DNA of 64,000 nt, taken from sequence record NC_023557.1; one strand, 5' to 3'. Of the stretch, positions 9,263 through 18,191 are shown one piece after another; the first letter of the stretch is position 1; every line of letters begins with the position of its first letter. The notes beneath the pieces were generated by a model, which searched no databases, was not told the origin of the DNA, and saw nothing but the letters and a program-made list of their open reading frames with translations. A program made the position numbers and the translations under genes.

Positions 9263-10396
9263 ATGCAGTACAGTACCTTTAATACCACTAAAAACGATCA
9301 GATGGCTGAACCGATGTTCCTGGGTCAGTCGGTTAACGTCTCACGTTATGATCAGCAGAAGTACCCCGCGTTCGAAAAGCTGATTGAGAAACAACTTTCA
9401 TTCTTCTGGCGACCTGAAGAGGTGGATGTTTCGCAAGACCGTATCGACTTCCAGGGGTTGCCAGATCATGAAAAACACATCTTCGTTTCTAACCTGAAAT
9501 ACCAAACCCTGCTGGACTCGATTCAGGGTCGTAGCCCGAACGTGGCCTTGCTGCCGATCTGTTCTATCCCGGAACTCGAAACCTGGATTGAAACCTGGGC
9601 GTTCTCTGAAACGATTCACTCGCGCTCATACACCCACATCATCCGTAATATCTTTACTGACCCCTCCATCGTGTTTGATGACATCGTGACCAACGAACAC
9701 ATCAAAGCGCGTGCTGAGTCCGTCACGGAGTATTACGACCAGCTGATCGAAATGACCATGTACCTCAACTTACTGGGTGAAGGTACTCATGTAATCAATG
9801 GTAAGAAAGTCGTGGTCTCGATGCGTGCTATCAAGCGTCTGGTCTACCTGTGCATCGTGTCGGTCAACGTGTTGGAAGCCATCCGCTTCTATGTCTCGTT
9901 TGCCTGCTCGTTTGCCTTTGCTGAACGCGAGCTGATGGAAGGCAACGCCAAGATCATTAAACTGATCGCCCGTGATGAAGCCCTGCATCTGACCGGCACC
10001 CAGCACATGATCATGTTAATGAAGTCCGGTGCTGACGATGCTGAGATGGCGGAAATCGTTAAAGAGTGTGAAGCAGAAACATACGCACTCTTTAAGGACG
10101 CTGCAGAGCAGGAGAAAGACTGGGCGAACTATCTATTCCAGGACGGGTCGATGATCGGTCTGAACAAAGAGATCGTGTGCCAGTACATCGAATACATCAC
10201 CAACATCCGTATTCGCGCCATCGGTTACGATGACATCTACGCCGGTGTCAAAGCTAACCCAATCCCATGGATCAACTCCTGGTTGGTTTCTGACAACGTG
10301 CAAGTCGCTCCACAGGAAGTGGAAGTAAGTTCTTATCTGGTCGGTCAGATAGACTCGAAAGTGGACGCCAACGATTTCGACGATTTCCAACTGTAA
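9263..10396 (+). CDS. nrdB: ribonucleotide reductase class Ia beta subunit
   Basis: [53 protein letters not shown]; enterobacterial type, uninterrupted. Confidence 0.97.
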   Translation: MQYSTFNTTKNDQMAEPMFLGQSVNVSRYDQQKYPAFEKLIEKQLSFFWRPEEVDVSQDRIDFQGLPDHEKHIFVSNLKYQTLLDSIQGRSPNVALLPICSIPELETWIETWAFSETIHSRSYTHIIRNIFTDPSIVFDDIVTNEHIKARAESVTEYYDQLIEMTMYLNLLGEGTHVINGKKVVVSMRAIKRLVYLCIVSVNVLEAIRFYVSFACSFAFAERELMEGNAKIIKLIARDEALHLTGTQHMIMLMKSGADDAEMAEIVKECEAETYALFKDAAEQEKDWANYLFQDGSMIGLNKEIVCQYIEYITNIRIRAIGYDDIYAGVKANPIPWINSWLVSDNVQVAPQEVEVSSYLVGQIDSKVDANDFDDFQL

Positions 10397-10444
10397 CTGC
10401 CAGGCACCCATGCTTCGGTGTGGGTGCTGTATAAAGGAGGATGT

Positions 10445-11041
10445 ATGGATGTAGGGCAACGCAATGTCCAGATCTCAGATCAGTATGAGATTATCGGCAT
10501 GGCGGGTGTAAACTACCTGCCTTTAAAGAAGTCTTCCTCCGATACATACCGCGTGGTGTTGTGTCGGTTGGATGGGTTAGGACGTGACAATACTAACTTG
10601 CATTATGACATCGATGATGCTTTTACTGACCACTACCGCTTTATCACCCAGCAACTCCCCTTTGCCGAATTTGATGGTAGGGATCGTGTCACCACACTCA
10701 TGCAGAACTGGCAAGGCAAAGCAACCACCGAGATCATTGACAATATCTTTAGTTCAATTGATCCCGATGCAGGTGCCTTTACGCTAGAAAGCATCAGTGT
10801 GGAAAACGGTTACCTTTATGGCGAGGTTAAATTAGCCAATAGCATTGTGGGAACGAACCTCTCCATGATGCTGAACCATCCACGTCCCGATCAGGCGGCC
10901 ATGATCTTTGGTGTTCGCTATCTGTCAGTCAATACCCGGCTTGACGGACTGCAGTATGCTGACGTCAAGAAGATCTGTGCGTATGACGTGAATGTCGTCA
11001 GCGAAACCGAATTAACCCAACGTCGTAACGGGGTAAAATAA
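10445..11041 (+). CDS. possible degenerate paralog of the phiKZ gp175-type (S80) prohead protease
   Basis: Pattern YRVVL..L / AEFDG / LYGEVK...G..L...L.HP...FGVRYL...KKI.AYDV; catalytic His and Ser positions appear substituted. Confidence 0.45.
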   Translation: MDVGQRNVQISDQYEIIGMAGVNYLPLKKSSSDTYRVVLCRLDGLGRDNTNLHYDIDDAFTDHYRFITQQLPFAEFDGRDRVTTLMQNWQGKATTEIIDNIFSSIDPDAGAFTLESISVENGYLYGEVKLANSIVGTNLSMMLNHPRPDQAAMIFGVRYLSVNTRLDGLQYADVKKICAYDVNVVSETELTQRRNGVK

Positions 11042-11075
11042 TGAACCGTTTAAAAGGTGCTGTGAGAGCCTATAA

Positions 11076-11693
11076 ATGAAAAGAACAAAAAATATAAAGC
11101 TTGATCGTTTTCGTAAGGCATGGAAATTTAAGAAGGTTACGCTGGCATTGATGGTGGTAACCGGATCGTTTTACCTGGTGGCGTGCGATGAGCCGCGTGA
11201 TCAGCAAGTGCAGATGTATCAGAATGCGGATGACTGTAGTCGAGCTCGCCCGCAAGACAAGCAGCACTGTTCTGATGCGTACAATAACGCCCTGCGTGAA
11301 TCTGAACGTACCGCCCCGCGTTACGGATCGAAAGGAGATTGTGATGCCGAGTTTGGCTCTGACAATTGCTACCAATCCACGGCCCATAGCCCGACCTGGA
11401 TGCCGTATATGGGCGGATACATGTACGGACGCAACGGGAGTTACGCACAGCCGTTGTATTCCTCACGGGTCACATCAAGTCCTGCCTATCACCGCTACGT
11501 CGATGCTGGCGGGCATAGCTACGGCAGTGCCATCTCTGGACGCTCTATTAATACCACACGCAGCGCGTTAGCACCCAAGCCTGCAGTCACTTCAACCATT
11601 ACCCGTGGCGGATTCGGTGCAACTGTGGCACACATGAGTAGTTCTCATTCTTCGTCCAGTCACAGCAGTGGCGGACATTCATCTGGCGGTTAA
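11076..11693 (+). CDS. ygiB: DUF1190 (YgiB/UPF0441) lipoprotein
   Basis: RFRKAW, lipobox LVAC, YQNADDCS..C..AY, APRYGSKGDCDAEFG, TITRGGFG, Ser/Gly tail. Confidence 0.85.
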   Translation: MKRTKNIKLDRFRKAWKFKKVTLALMVVTGSFYLVACDEPRDQQVQMYQNADDCSRARPQDKQHCSDAYNNALRESERTAPRYGSKGDCDAEFGSDNCYQSTAHSPTWMPYMGGYMYGRNGSYAQPLYSSRVTSSPAYHRYVDAGGHSYGSAISGRSINTTRSALAPKPAVTSTITRGGFGATVAHMSSSHSSSSHSSGGHSSGG

Positions 11694-11702
11694 GGAACAG
11701 TA

Positions 11703-12224
11703 ATGCAAATCCCCGGTATGCCAACTTCATTTGAAGAGCTGTGCAGTATCATTGTTAAACTCGGGTTAGTTGATGCCTCGGTTGAAAAGACCACTGAGCT
11801 TTTGTGGCAGTCTGTCGAAGACCACGGTTACACCCATCGGTGGGACGACCCAGATCAAGAGATGACGTCAACAGAACGTTGGTTCAGCCGAGCAGAAGAG
11901 TTGAAAATGACGCTCCATGGCGATGTTGTCGCCATGCTGGTCGATTGGTCTATTATGACGGGTCGTATGGCTCAGTACCATAATGACATTAATTATCAGC
12001 AACATTGTCGTAACTGGCTGGCTTCGCAAATCAGTGTTAAGCTACAGCTCGATGATGAAGGCGTCACCGAAACGACCTTACATCCACCAACCTATCGCTA
12101 TCTTCAAGGTGGCAAGATCTTTGTCATCAATACGGCGACTTCTGGTAACGGTGGTGGGATCAACTATTACACCCTGTCATTAGAGGAGTACGTGAAGTAC
12201 ATTAAAACGCAACCGGCTATTTAA
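11703..12224 (+). CDS. hypothetical protein
   Basis: AAGGA RBS, 173 aa. Confidence 0.7.
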   Translation: MQIPGMPTSFEELCSIIVKLGLVDASVEKTTELLWQSVEDHGYTHRWDDPDQEMTSTERWFSRAEELKMTLHGDVVAMLVDWSIMTGRMAQYHNDINYQQHCRNWLASQISVKLQLDDEGVTETTLHPPTYRYLQGGKIFVINTATSGNGGGINYYTLSLEEYVKYIKTQPAI

Positions 12225-12257
12225 TGTAAGAGCCAGCTATCAGTAGGAGAGTTACGT

Positions 12258-12560
12258 ATGGCGAACAAAAGTGTTATCGGCGTGATCAAATACAGTCGGG
12301 TGGACAACAAAGACACCTGGACAGTCTATCAGCACGGTAAACACGTTGAGCTTTTCCAGAAAGCTTTCCAGCATCCCATCGAGGCGTTTAAGCTTCGGGA
12401 TATTTCCAAAGTAGGTCGACCTGAAGTCAGTCATGCCTCGGGTCATTATCCGATCGTTGATAACCCCAGTATCCGCGTCTTCTACGAAGATGGCAGTATC
12501 GGTGTGGGTGCTGGCGCGTTAATCAATATCATGTTGCAGCAGTACCAATTAACGGAGTAA
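12258..12560 (+). CDS. hypothetical protein upstream of HigA-like gene
   Basis: AGGAG RBS, 100 aa. Confidence 0.7.
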   Translation: MANKSVIGVIKYSRVDNKDTWTVYQHGKHVELFQKAFQHPIEAFKLRDISKVGRPEVSHASGHYPIVDNPSIRVFYEDGSIGVGAGALINIMLQQYQLTE

Positions 12561-12564
12561 CGTC

Positions 12565-12855
12565 ATGGGTAAAGTCAAAGAGATTTTGTATGGTCGTCGC
12601 GGTAGCACGGCCGGTGAGATTCTTAAGTTAGAATACATGGAGCCGTTAAACCTCACCGTCGATGAAACAGCAAAGAAACTGAAAGTTGCAAAGTCTACCA
12701 TCAGCCGGATTATTAATGGCCGTTGCCGCTTGAGCAAGCCCCTTGCCACCAAACTTGCCAAAGCGTTCGCCACTACTCCGGAATACTGGATGAACTTTGC
12801 TGACAACTGCACCAACCCCTATCCAAACTTGCGGGCCAAGGGCTGGTACAGATGA
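12565..12855 (+). CDS. higA: HigA-family antitoxin (XRE HTH)
   Basis: GEILKLEYMEPLNLT...AKKLKV....ISRIINGR..LS..LA.KLAKAF.TTPEYWMN. Confidence 0.85.
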   Translation: MGKVKEILYGRRGSTAGEILKLEYMEPLNLTVDETAKKLKVAKSTISRIINGRCRLSKPLATKLAKAFATTPEYWMNFADNCTNPYPNLRAKGWYR

Positions 12856-13073
12856 ACATCGCTGAACCCATCTATGAGGTGGAAGTCGGCAAAACGTATC
12901 TGTCACCTTCGGGCCTGCTGTTCGAAGTGTTGTTCTTAGCCGCCCATGGTCAGGACTGCACGGTACCGATGGTGGTATACCGCAACCTCACCCCGACGTA
13001 CGACAAACCTGCAGGGCAGATCTGGACCACATCGGAGTCACTCTTTCTAACACAATTCCGCGTGCCTGCGTGA
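12852..13073 (+). CDS. DUF1653-like protein
   Basis: GKTY..PSG.LFEVLFLA.H..D...MVVYR.L...G.IW pattern. Confidence 0.65.
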   Translation: MNIAEPIYEVEVGKTYLSPSGLLFEVLFLAAHGQDCTVPMVVYRNLTPTYDKPAGQIWTTSESLFLTQFRVPA

Positions 13074-13117
13074 TGCTATGGCGGTAACTGACCGTCTATC
13101 ACTGCAGAGGCAAGCGC

Positions 13118-13423
13118 ATGTCTACGAACGAGAACTTTCATGTATCCGATCAGGCGATTATCGATGCCATCCTGGAATACACCCGTAACGGGAAAGAGCC
13201 AGCTGTAGTCAAGTACGACCCCGATGGCCCTGAAGCAGAACGCATGAGTCAGGAGCATCGGATTGTCACCTGGTTTCAAGACATCCGTACCATTGTTGAC
13301 GCGGTATGTCAACGTCCAGGTTTCTCCGGGCTTAACGTGCTGAAGATCGCAACCCGTGCTATGGAACAGGATATCATAGCACAGTCAGCGGGACCGGCAT
13401 CGCCCATTAACCCTGAACTGTAG
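13118..13423 (+). CDS. hypothetical protein
   Basis: GAGG RBS, 101 aa. Confidence 0.65.
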   Translation: MSTNENFHVSDQAIIDAILEYTRNGKEPAVVKYDPDGPEAERMSQEHRIVTWFQDIRTIVDAVCQRPGFSGLNVLKIATRAMEQDIIAQSAGPASPINPEL

Positions 13424-13444
13424 AAAATAAGAAGACTTTCACAC

Positions 13445-13702
13445 ATGCAATTAAAAGACCTGCTTACCTGCATTCGCCCGGGTGATGTTATCACCAATAC
13501 CGCCTGGCCACAGGGACGGACCTTTACCGTCTCAACGGAGTTCATGAAGTTTCATACCGGTCGTGGTACGGATGTTCATGAACGCAATTCATGCCCAGAT
13601 GGTGCGTGGCACGGTTGGTCGGTGGCAAACAAATATGCCACTGTACTTAACCGTCGTGCAGTAGCGCAATCCCACAACCCGATTAAAGAGGACGTTTCAT
13701 GA
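13445..13702 (+). CDS. DUF2829/Tad2-like small protein (divergent)
   Basis: N-terminal M.L.D.L..I..G..I....W and later S..D.....W.V match Tad2 spacing. Confidence 0.4.
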   Translation: MQLKDLLTCIRPGDVITNTAWPQGRTFTVSTEFMKFHTGRGTDVHERNSCPDGAWHGWSVANKYATVLNRRAVAQSHNPIKEDVS

Positions 13703-14100
13703 TTACCATTACGGACATGCACGATGAAGAAGGGTTCACTGACGAAAAGAAAGATGCGTTAGTGAAGCTTCTGCCAGAAGACAACAACGGTCTTGCACAC
13801 ACCTATCGTTTTACTGATGGTGCTGAAGAGAACCCGTTTGAAGGTTTCCTGATCATCGGCGCCCCAACGCTGGTTTATCACTTTATCCGCACCGGTAAGA
13901 ATGACGCGGGTGAGGAGGAAGAGACCTACCTGGGTCAATACGTCCCAACGGTCGATGGCGGTGTGATGCCAGAGAACGGTCTGGGCCAGAACCTGAGCGA
14001 CAACGTGGGTACTCGCGTGGCAGAGTTTGAATCTGTTATTCGTAGCTTCCACCGTAAAGTGCTCGAGCGTCTGGGTCAGCCAGTCCCTGGCGCACGGTAA
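13699..14100 (+). CDS. hypothetical protein, paralog of 15117..15515
   Basis: Shared Y.F.DG..F.GFL.I..P.L.Y..R..PEN..RVA.F..H..V. Confidence 0.75.
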   Translation: MITITDMHDEEGFTDEKKDALVKLLPEDNNGLAHTYRFTDGAEENPFEGFLIIGAPTLVYHFIRTGKNDAGEEEETYLGQYVPTVDGGVMPENGLGQNLSDNVGTRVAEFESVIRSFHRKVLERLGQPVPGAR

Positions 14101-14106
14101 GATGAC

Positions 14107-14135
14107 ACCCGGGGGTTCTCCCCGGGTTTTATGCC
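14107..14135 (+). terminator. hairpin + TTTATGCC tail
   Basis: ACCCGGG..CCCGGGT then TTTATGCC. Confidence 0.7.
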
Positions 14136-14206
14136 GTCTTTTTATTTTTTGTTACAGATTACATAGATGGTACTTATTATACACCACTACTGAAAAGGAA
14201 TACATC

Positions 14207-15112
14207 ATGTCTGAGCAAGCCGCTGTAAAACCGAAGAATTATACCAACCTGACTGTCACCATCGCCGGTAATGACCCAGTTGCTGCCACTGCCGTTGCCA
14301 GTGTGTTATCAACGTACCTGAACGAAAAGGGTCTGGCCGGTCGTCGTCTGGGTGAGAATGCTATCGCCCCTGACTTCGCGGTGCAATCTGTTGAAGGCCT
14401 GGCTGCTGACCAGAACAACAGTGTAAACGTTTCTGTTGACACCCTGACCATGGAATCCCTGCAGGGCAGAACGCAGGTCTGGGACTGGCCAACCTGGGGT
14501 GACAGCGAACAACCCTGGACCGCGCTGGTCGGTGACGAACTGCGTAACCTCTGGTCAACCTTCTCCGGTGTGCAGAAGCGCGCTATCTATAAAAGCCTGT
14601 CGGCACTGAACATCGTGGTGGAAGACGATGAGATGACTGAAGAGAAAGCACAGGACATCATCAACAACTCTGAAGTTTATGTTGATCTGCGTGATGTGCG
14701 TAACGACGGCAGTTATAACCGTGTACTGATTGACGGCGCTGCGACCATTGAAGAACTCGACGCCATCAAGTTCATCTTCCAGACCGCACGTGAAGGCAAC
14801 CCAGTCACGCACGAAGACATCACACTGCAACAGCAGCAGGATGCCAGCAACGGCGCGCATGCAGCACCTGAACTGCCAGATGGTCGTGAGACACCAGAGA
14901 TGCCGGATACTCTCGAACCGCTGGCCAGTCCGGAATACAACCCGGAAGATTTAGAGCCGGGCACAGGCATTCCCGCGGTAAACCCAACCGACCCTTCGCT
15001 GGCCCCACAAACTAAACAGCAGGCTGTGTCGTTTGATAACAGCGACAAAGCTACCCTGGCTGCCGCGCCTACTTCAGGAACCGTCCGTCCATCCGACGAC
15101 ATGGGAGACTAA
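14207..15112 (+). CDS. hypothetical protein with acidic Pro-rich C-terminus
   Basis: AAGGA RBS supports start at 14207. Confidence 0.75.
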   Translation: MSEQAAVKPKNYTNLTVTIAGNDPVAATAVASVLSTYLNEKGLAGRRLGENAIAPDFAVQSVEGLAADQNNSVNVSVDTLTMESLQGRTQVWDWPTWGDSEQPWTALVGDELRNLWSTFSGVQKRAIYKSLSALNIVVEDDEMTEEKAQDIINNSEVYVDLRDVRNDGSYNRVLIDGAATIEELDAIKFIFQTAREGNPVTHEDITLQQQQDASNGAHAAPELPDGRETPEMPDTLEPLASPEYNPEDLEPGTGIPAVNPTDPSLAPQTKQQAVSFDNSDKATLAAAPTSGTVRPSDDMGD

Positions 15113-15116
15113 GTCA

Positions 15117-15515
15117 ATGCTACCGAAGTCTGAACCAATCTCCATCTTCAGCGTCTTGAGTGTTCAACTGACCGAAGCGTCAGAAGCGCACTTTCGTAAA
15201 GAGCTGAACGAGGCAGATGCCATTCACTCTGTCTACGCCTTTAAAGATGGCTCGCAATTCGGTGCCCGCTTTAATGGCTTTCTGGTGATCACCGGCCCTA
15301 TCCTGGCGTACCAGCTGTTCCGGGGTAGTGAACTGGAGTCGTCTGAGTTCGTCGGCACCTTTATGTACGGTGAAGGCGGGGAAGCGATTATCCCAGAGAA
15401 CGTTAAAACGGTGTTCAGTCAATATGATCGTAATCGAGTGGCGCAGTTTAAGGCACTAGCCCAAGCACTGCACTCGGCGGTCACTGACCACATCAAAGGG
15501 GTACGGCGTGACTGA
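15117..15515 (+). CDS. hypothetical protein, paralog of 13699..14100
   Basis: GGAG upstream; see alignment at 13699. Confidence 0.75.
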   Translation: MLPKSEPISIFSVLSVQLTEASEAHFRKELNEADAIHSVYAFKDGSQFGARFNGFLVITGPILAYQLFRGSELESSEFVGTFMYGEGGEAIIPENVKTVFSQYDRNRVAQFKALAQALHSAVTDHIKGVRRD

Positions 15516-16212
15516 TATCACTTCAACACCAGAAGCAGCGGCGGCCCTGCCGGCGTTTAAAGGGGTGTTGGGTGAACAGGTAAAAGGCTTCGGAGCAAGC
15601 CAGCTCACCGGCTGGCATATTGTGGTCGCTGATCCGACTGACCTGCCAAAGGGGGTGCAAGAAGGCCTCAGTGCTTTGGTGGGTCGCTCCAGCATCTTTA
15701 CCTATCTCGGTGCCCGCTGGGTATTTGACAGCATCGGCACCGGTTACCTGCAACGCACCCGTATGGTCATTGACCCTGATACGGTCAACATCGAACAGAT
15801 TGAAGACCGGTCTGCTCAACACGGTATCGTCCGGGGAAGTGAAGATCGTCGAGAGTGGAACCTGGGTAACTGGGTCGCACACCTCGGGGGTCGCATCAAC
15901 CGGGATAGCTACCTGGAGTTCGGTAGTCTGTATGCATTAGATCAGATGATCAATCAGATGCATAAATTGATGTTTCGCACCAAAGATGATGAGCTGAAGA
16001 TTCACATCGTGGGCGGGTCACCTGATGATCAAAAAGTTATTGCCCTGCTGATTGGCGGTGTCTTGGACGACTACGATGTCACCCCGAGCACCAGTCTTGG
16101 TAAACTCATTGAAGAGGCATCAGTTAATCCCCCTTCAATGGATAGCCTGAATGACACAGCGGATCATTCGTTGCGTCTTAAAATTGAAATTAATATCGTG
16201 CCTCGTAACTGA
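15508..16212 (+). CDS. hypothetical protein
   Basis: GTG start overlapping previous gene, 234 aa. Confidence 0.7.
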   Translation: MTDITSTPEAAAALPAFKGVLGEQVKGFGASQLTGWHIVVADPTDLPKGVQEGLSALVGRSSIFTYLGARWVFDSIGTGYLQRTRMVIDPDTVNIEQIEDRSAQHGIVRGSEDRREWNLGNWVAHLGGRINRDSYLEFGSLYALDQMINQMHKLMFRTKDDELKIHIVGGSPDDQKVIALLIGGVLDDYDVTPSTSLGKLIEEASVNPPSMDSLNDTADHSLRLKIEINIVPRN

Positions 16213-16241
16213 GGCCTTATTTCTCGTCGAAGGAAAAAGAG

Positions 16242-16889
16242 ATGGCTGACATTAACTATTACGAACTGATTCGCAACTGGGGTAAAGCCCGTAACATCAT
16301 CGGTGGTGGTTCTACCCCGATCGATCAGTTCATCAAAGGCACTACGGAAGCGGCAGAGCTTTGGGCCAATGTGTTGGGTAAAGAACCCGCTAAGCTGAAA
16401 GATGACATCGGCGATACGCTGGTCTGTCTGACGCAGTCTTACGGTATTGCCGGCAGTGTGGTGATTGAAGACGCAGCATCGCATGCTGACCAGCACCTGG
16501 CATCACTGCGTAAAGATTACGAAGCCTACGGCGAATGGGCACTGAAACGCTTTGCTCTGAAAGTGTTGCGTAGCATGTCTGATATCTCAACGCAGATTGA
16601 ACACGCTCAGTTCGAACCTGACCGTCACTGCCCGGACCGTCTGTCTGATGAAACTGCAGAGCTGGTAGCCGTCCTGACGGTGATTGCAGAGAACCAGGGC
16701 TGGACGCTGGAAGAGTGTCTGGAAGAGGCGTACAACGACATCAAAGACCGTAAAGGTGTGATGTTCAACGGTGGCTTTGTAAAAGAAGCGAGCCTGTCAG
16801 TTGAGCGCGCACAAGAGATGCTGGCCTCGGGCACCGTTGGTGGCGTGGGTGCGGAATACCTGAACGGTTACATCAGCGCAAACAGCTAA
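16242..16889 (+). CDS. MazG-like nucleotide pyrophosphohydrolase
   Basis: QFIKGTTEAAEL, KDDIGDTLVCL, CLEEAYNDIKDRKG.M.NG.FVKE. Confidence 0.8.
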   Translation: MADINYYELIRNWGKARNIIGGGSTPIDQFIKGTTEAAELWANVLGKEPAKLKDDIGDTLVCLTQSYGIAGSVVIEDAASHADQHLASLRKDYEAYGEWALKRFALKVLRSMSDISTQIEHAQFEPDRHCPDRLSDETAELVAVLTVIAENQGWTLEECLEEAYNDIKDRKGVMFNGGFVKEASLSVERAQEMLASGTVGGVGAEYLNGYISANS

Positions 16890-16905
16890 CTGTAAATAAA
16901 GCTAA

Positions 16906-16924
16906 ACCTACATTACCTAAGGGA
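16906..16924 (+). promoter_or_regulatory. putative phage early promoter overlapping a terminator hairpin
   Basis: ACCTACATTAC-ctaa-GGGA. Confidence 0.65.
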
Positions 16925-16949
16925 TAGTGAAAGCTATCCCTTTTATGCC
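16920..16949 (+). terminator. hairpin + TTTATGCC tail
   Basis: AGGGATAG-tgaaag-CTATCCCT then TTTATGCC. Confidence 0.65.
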
Positions 16950-16970
16950 AATTATAATTGAGGAGTCAAA

Positions 16971-17351
16971 ATGAAACAGGTTGCTGCTAACGTAAATGTT
17001 CTTTCTGTCGATTATCGTTTCGGCGCTAAACAGATGGAGACCTACGCCAAGTTTATCACTGACGCATTAACAGCGGGCCGGAAAGTCTTTATCCATGCCG
17101 ATAAAGAAGCGCGAGCAAAAGTGAATGAGCTCTTTCCTAAAGTCCTCGGCCAGGAGGTGATGGAGAAGGTACTTGTTCGTCCCTACCCCATCAGTGAACT
17201 GACCGCGGTTAACGTCGGGCGGGGGATGTCCAACGTGTCGGCAATCTTCATTAGTGAAACCGGACGTTATACCGATCTGATCACGAAAACGTTTTCAGCC
17301 GTCAAAGACCATGATGCGTTGATTGTTGAATGCAGCGAAGTGGTGGCGTGA
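16971..17351 (+). CDS. hypothetical protein
   Basis: GAGGAG RBS, 126 aa. Confidence 0.75.
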   Translation: MKQVAANVNVLSVDYRFGAKQMETYAKFITDALTAGRKVFIHADKEARAKVNELFPKVLGQEVMEKVLVRPYPISELTAVNVGRGMSNVSAIFISETGRYTDLITKTFSAVKDHDALIVECSEVVA

Positions 17352-17701
17352 TGTCAAAGGCTAAAGCAGTCTGGGATGACCTCTCATACACCCTGCTCAT
17401 TCTGGGCGCGTGGCTTCTGTATATTGTCTTTGTTGGTTGGTGCGCTTATTTCTTCCCAGAGAAAACTATCATCAAGAACGATGAGGATTTGCTGGCGTAC
17501 CAGGAAGGCGATGGGCGTTTCAATCGGTTTGTTAACGAAGCATTAGAAACGGTGATTGCTGACACGGAATGCTTATACCCCATCACAATCACTAAACGCG
17601 GGCATTGGTTCTTTGCCGCAGATATGTTTACTGTTCAGAATGCCAAATGCATAAGTCAGGTTGGTCTCAATAATAACGTGACGACTACCCCGATCATTTA
17701 A
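17351..17701 (+). CDS. membrane-anchored hypothetical protein
   Basis: TGATG coupling, one TM. Confidence 0.7.
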   Translation: MSKAKAVWDDLSYTLLILGAWLLYIVFVGWCAYFFPEKTIIKNDEDLLAYQEGDGRFNRFVNEALETVIADTECLYPITITKRGHWFFAADMFTVQNAKCISQVGLNNNVTTTPII

Positions 17702-17758
17702 CCCTCAAGGGAGGTAATTCCTCCCTATCACTCATTAACCTACTTGTGGAGATTTGCC

Positions 17759-18175
17759 ATGACAACGTCGCGTACTGACTTGATTACTAGCCGGATCAAA
17801 GAAGCATTGAATGGGGTCCGGGTACAAACCAGTGAGCTGTATCATGAATCGACTGATGTCGCATCGTTCGGTGCGGTAAAAACGGTGATGTTCTTTTGGA
17901 ATGTAGCTGACAATGATTTAACTGCTGAGATGGTTGAGCGTGAAATCCTGGTCCGACTACAGACCGAGAACATTTACGTGGCCTTTCACAAAACCCGCCG
18001 GCGTGAAGGGGAGCGCTTAATCGCGGCCAGTATTGCCTGTAATCCGAATAACCCGAATTACACCTACGGCAACCTGCGGGGCTTCACCCAGATGTGGCTA
18101 CAGAAAAGCTTCGGGGCAACAAAAGAACGTCTGCAGCAAAAACAACGTGACAGTAATTTATTTATCCGCCGTTAA
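17759..18175 (+). CDS. hypothetical protein
   Basis: GGAG RBS. Confidence 0.7.
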   Translation: MTTSRTDLITSRIKEALNGVRVQTSELYHESTDVASFGAVKTVMFFWNVADNDLTAEMVEREILVRLQTENIYVAFHKTRRREGERLIAASIACNPNNPNYTYGNLRGFTQMWLQKSFGATKERLQQKQRDSNLFIRR

Positions 18176-18191
18176 TTAAGGAAAAAAGAAC

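Noticed and set aside
9263-10396. Intron or intein in nrdB (common in phages); intein in uvsX
   Set aside because: nrdB is normal length and continuous; uvsX shows no intein C/S...HN boundary motifs.
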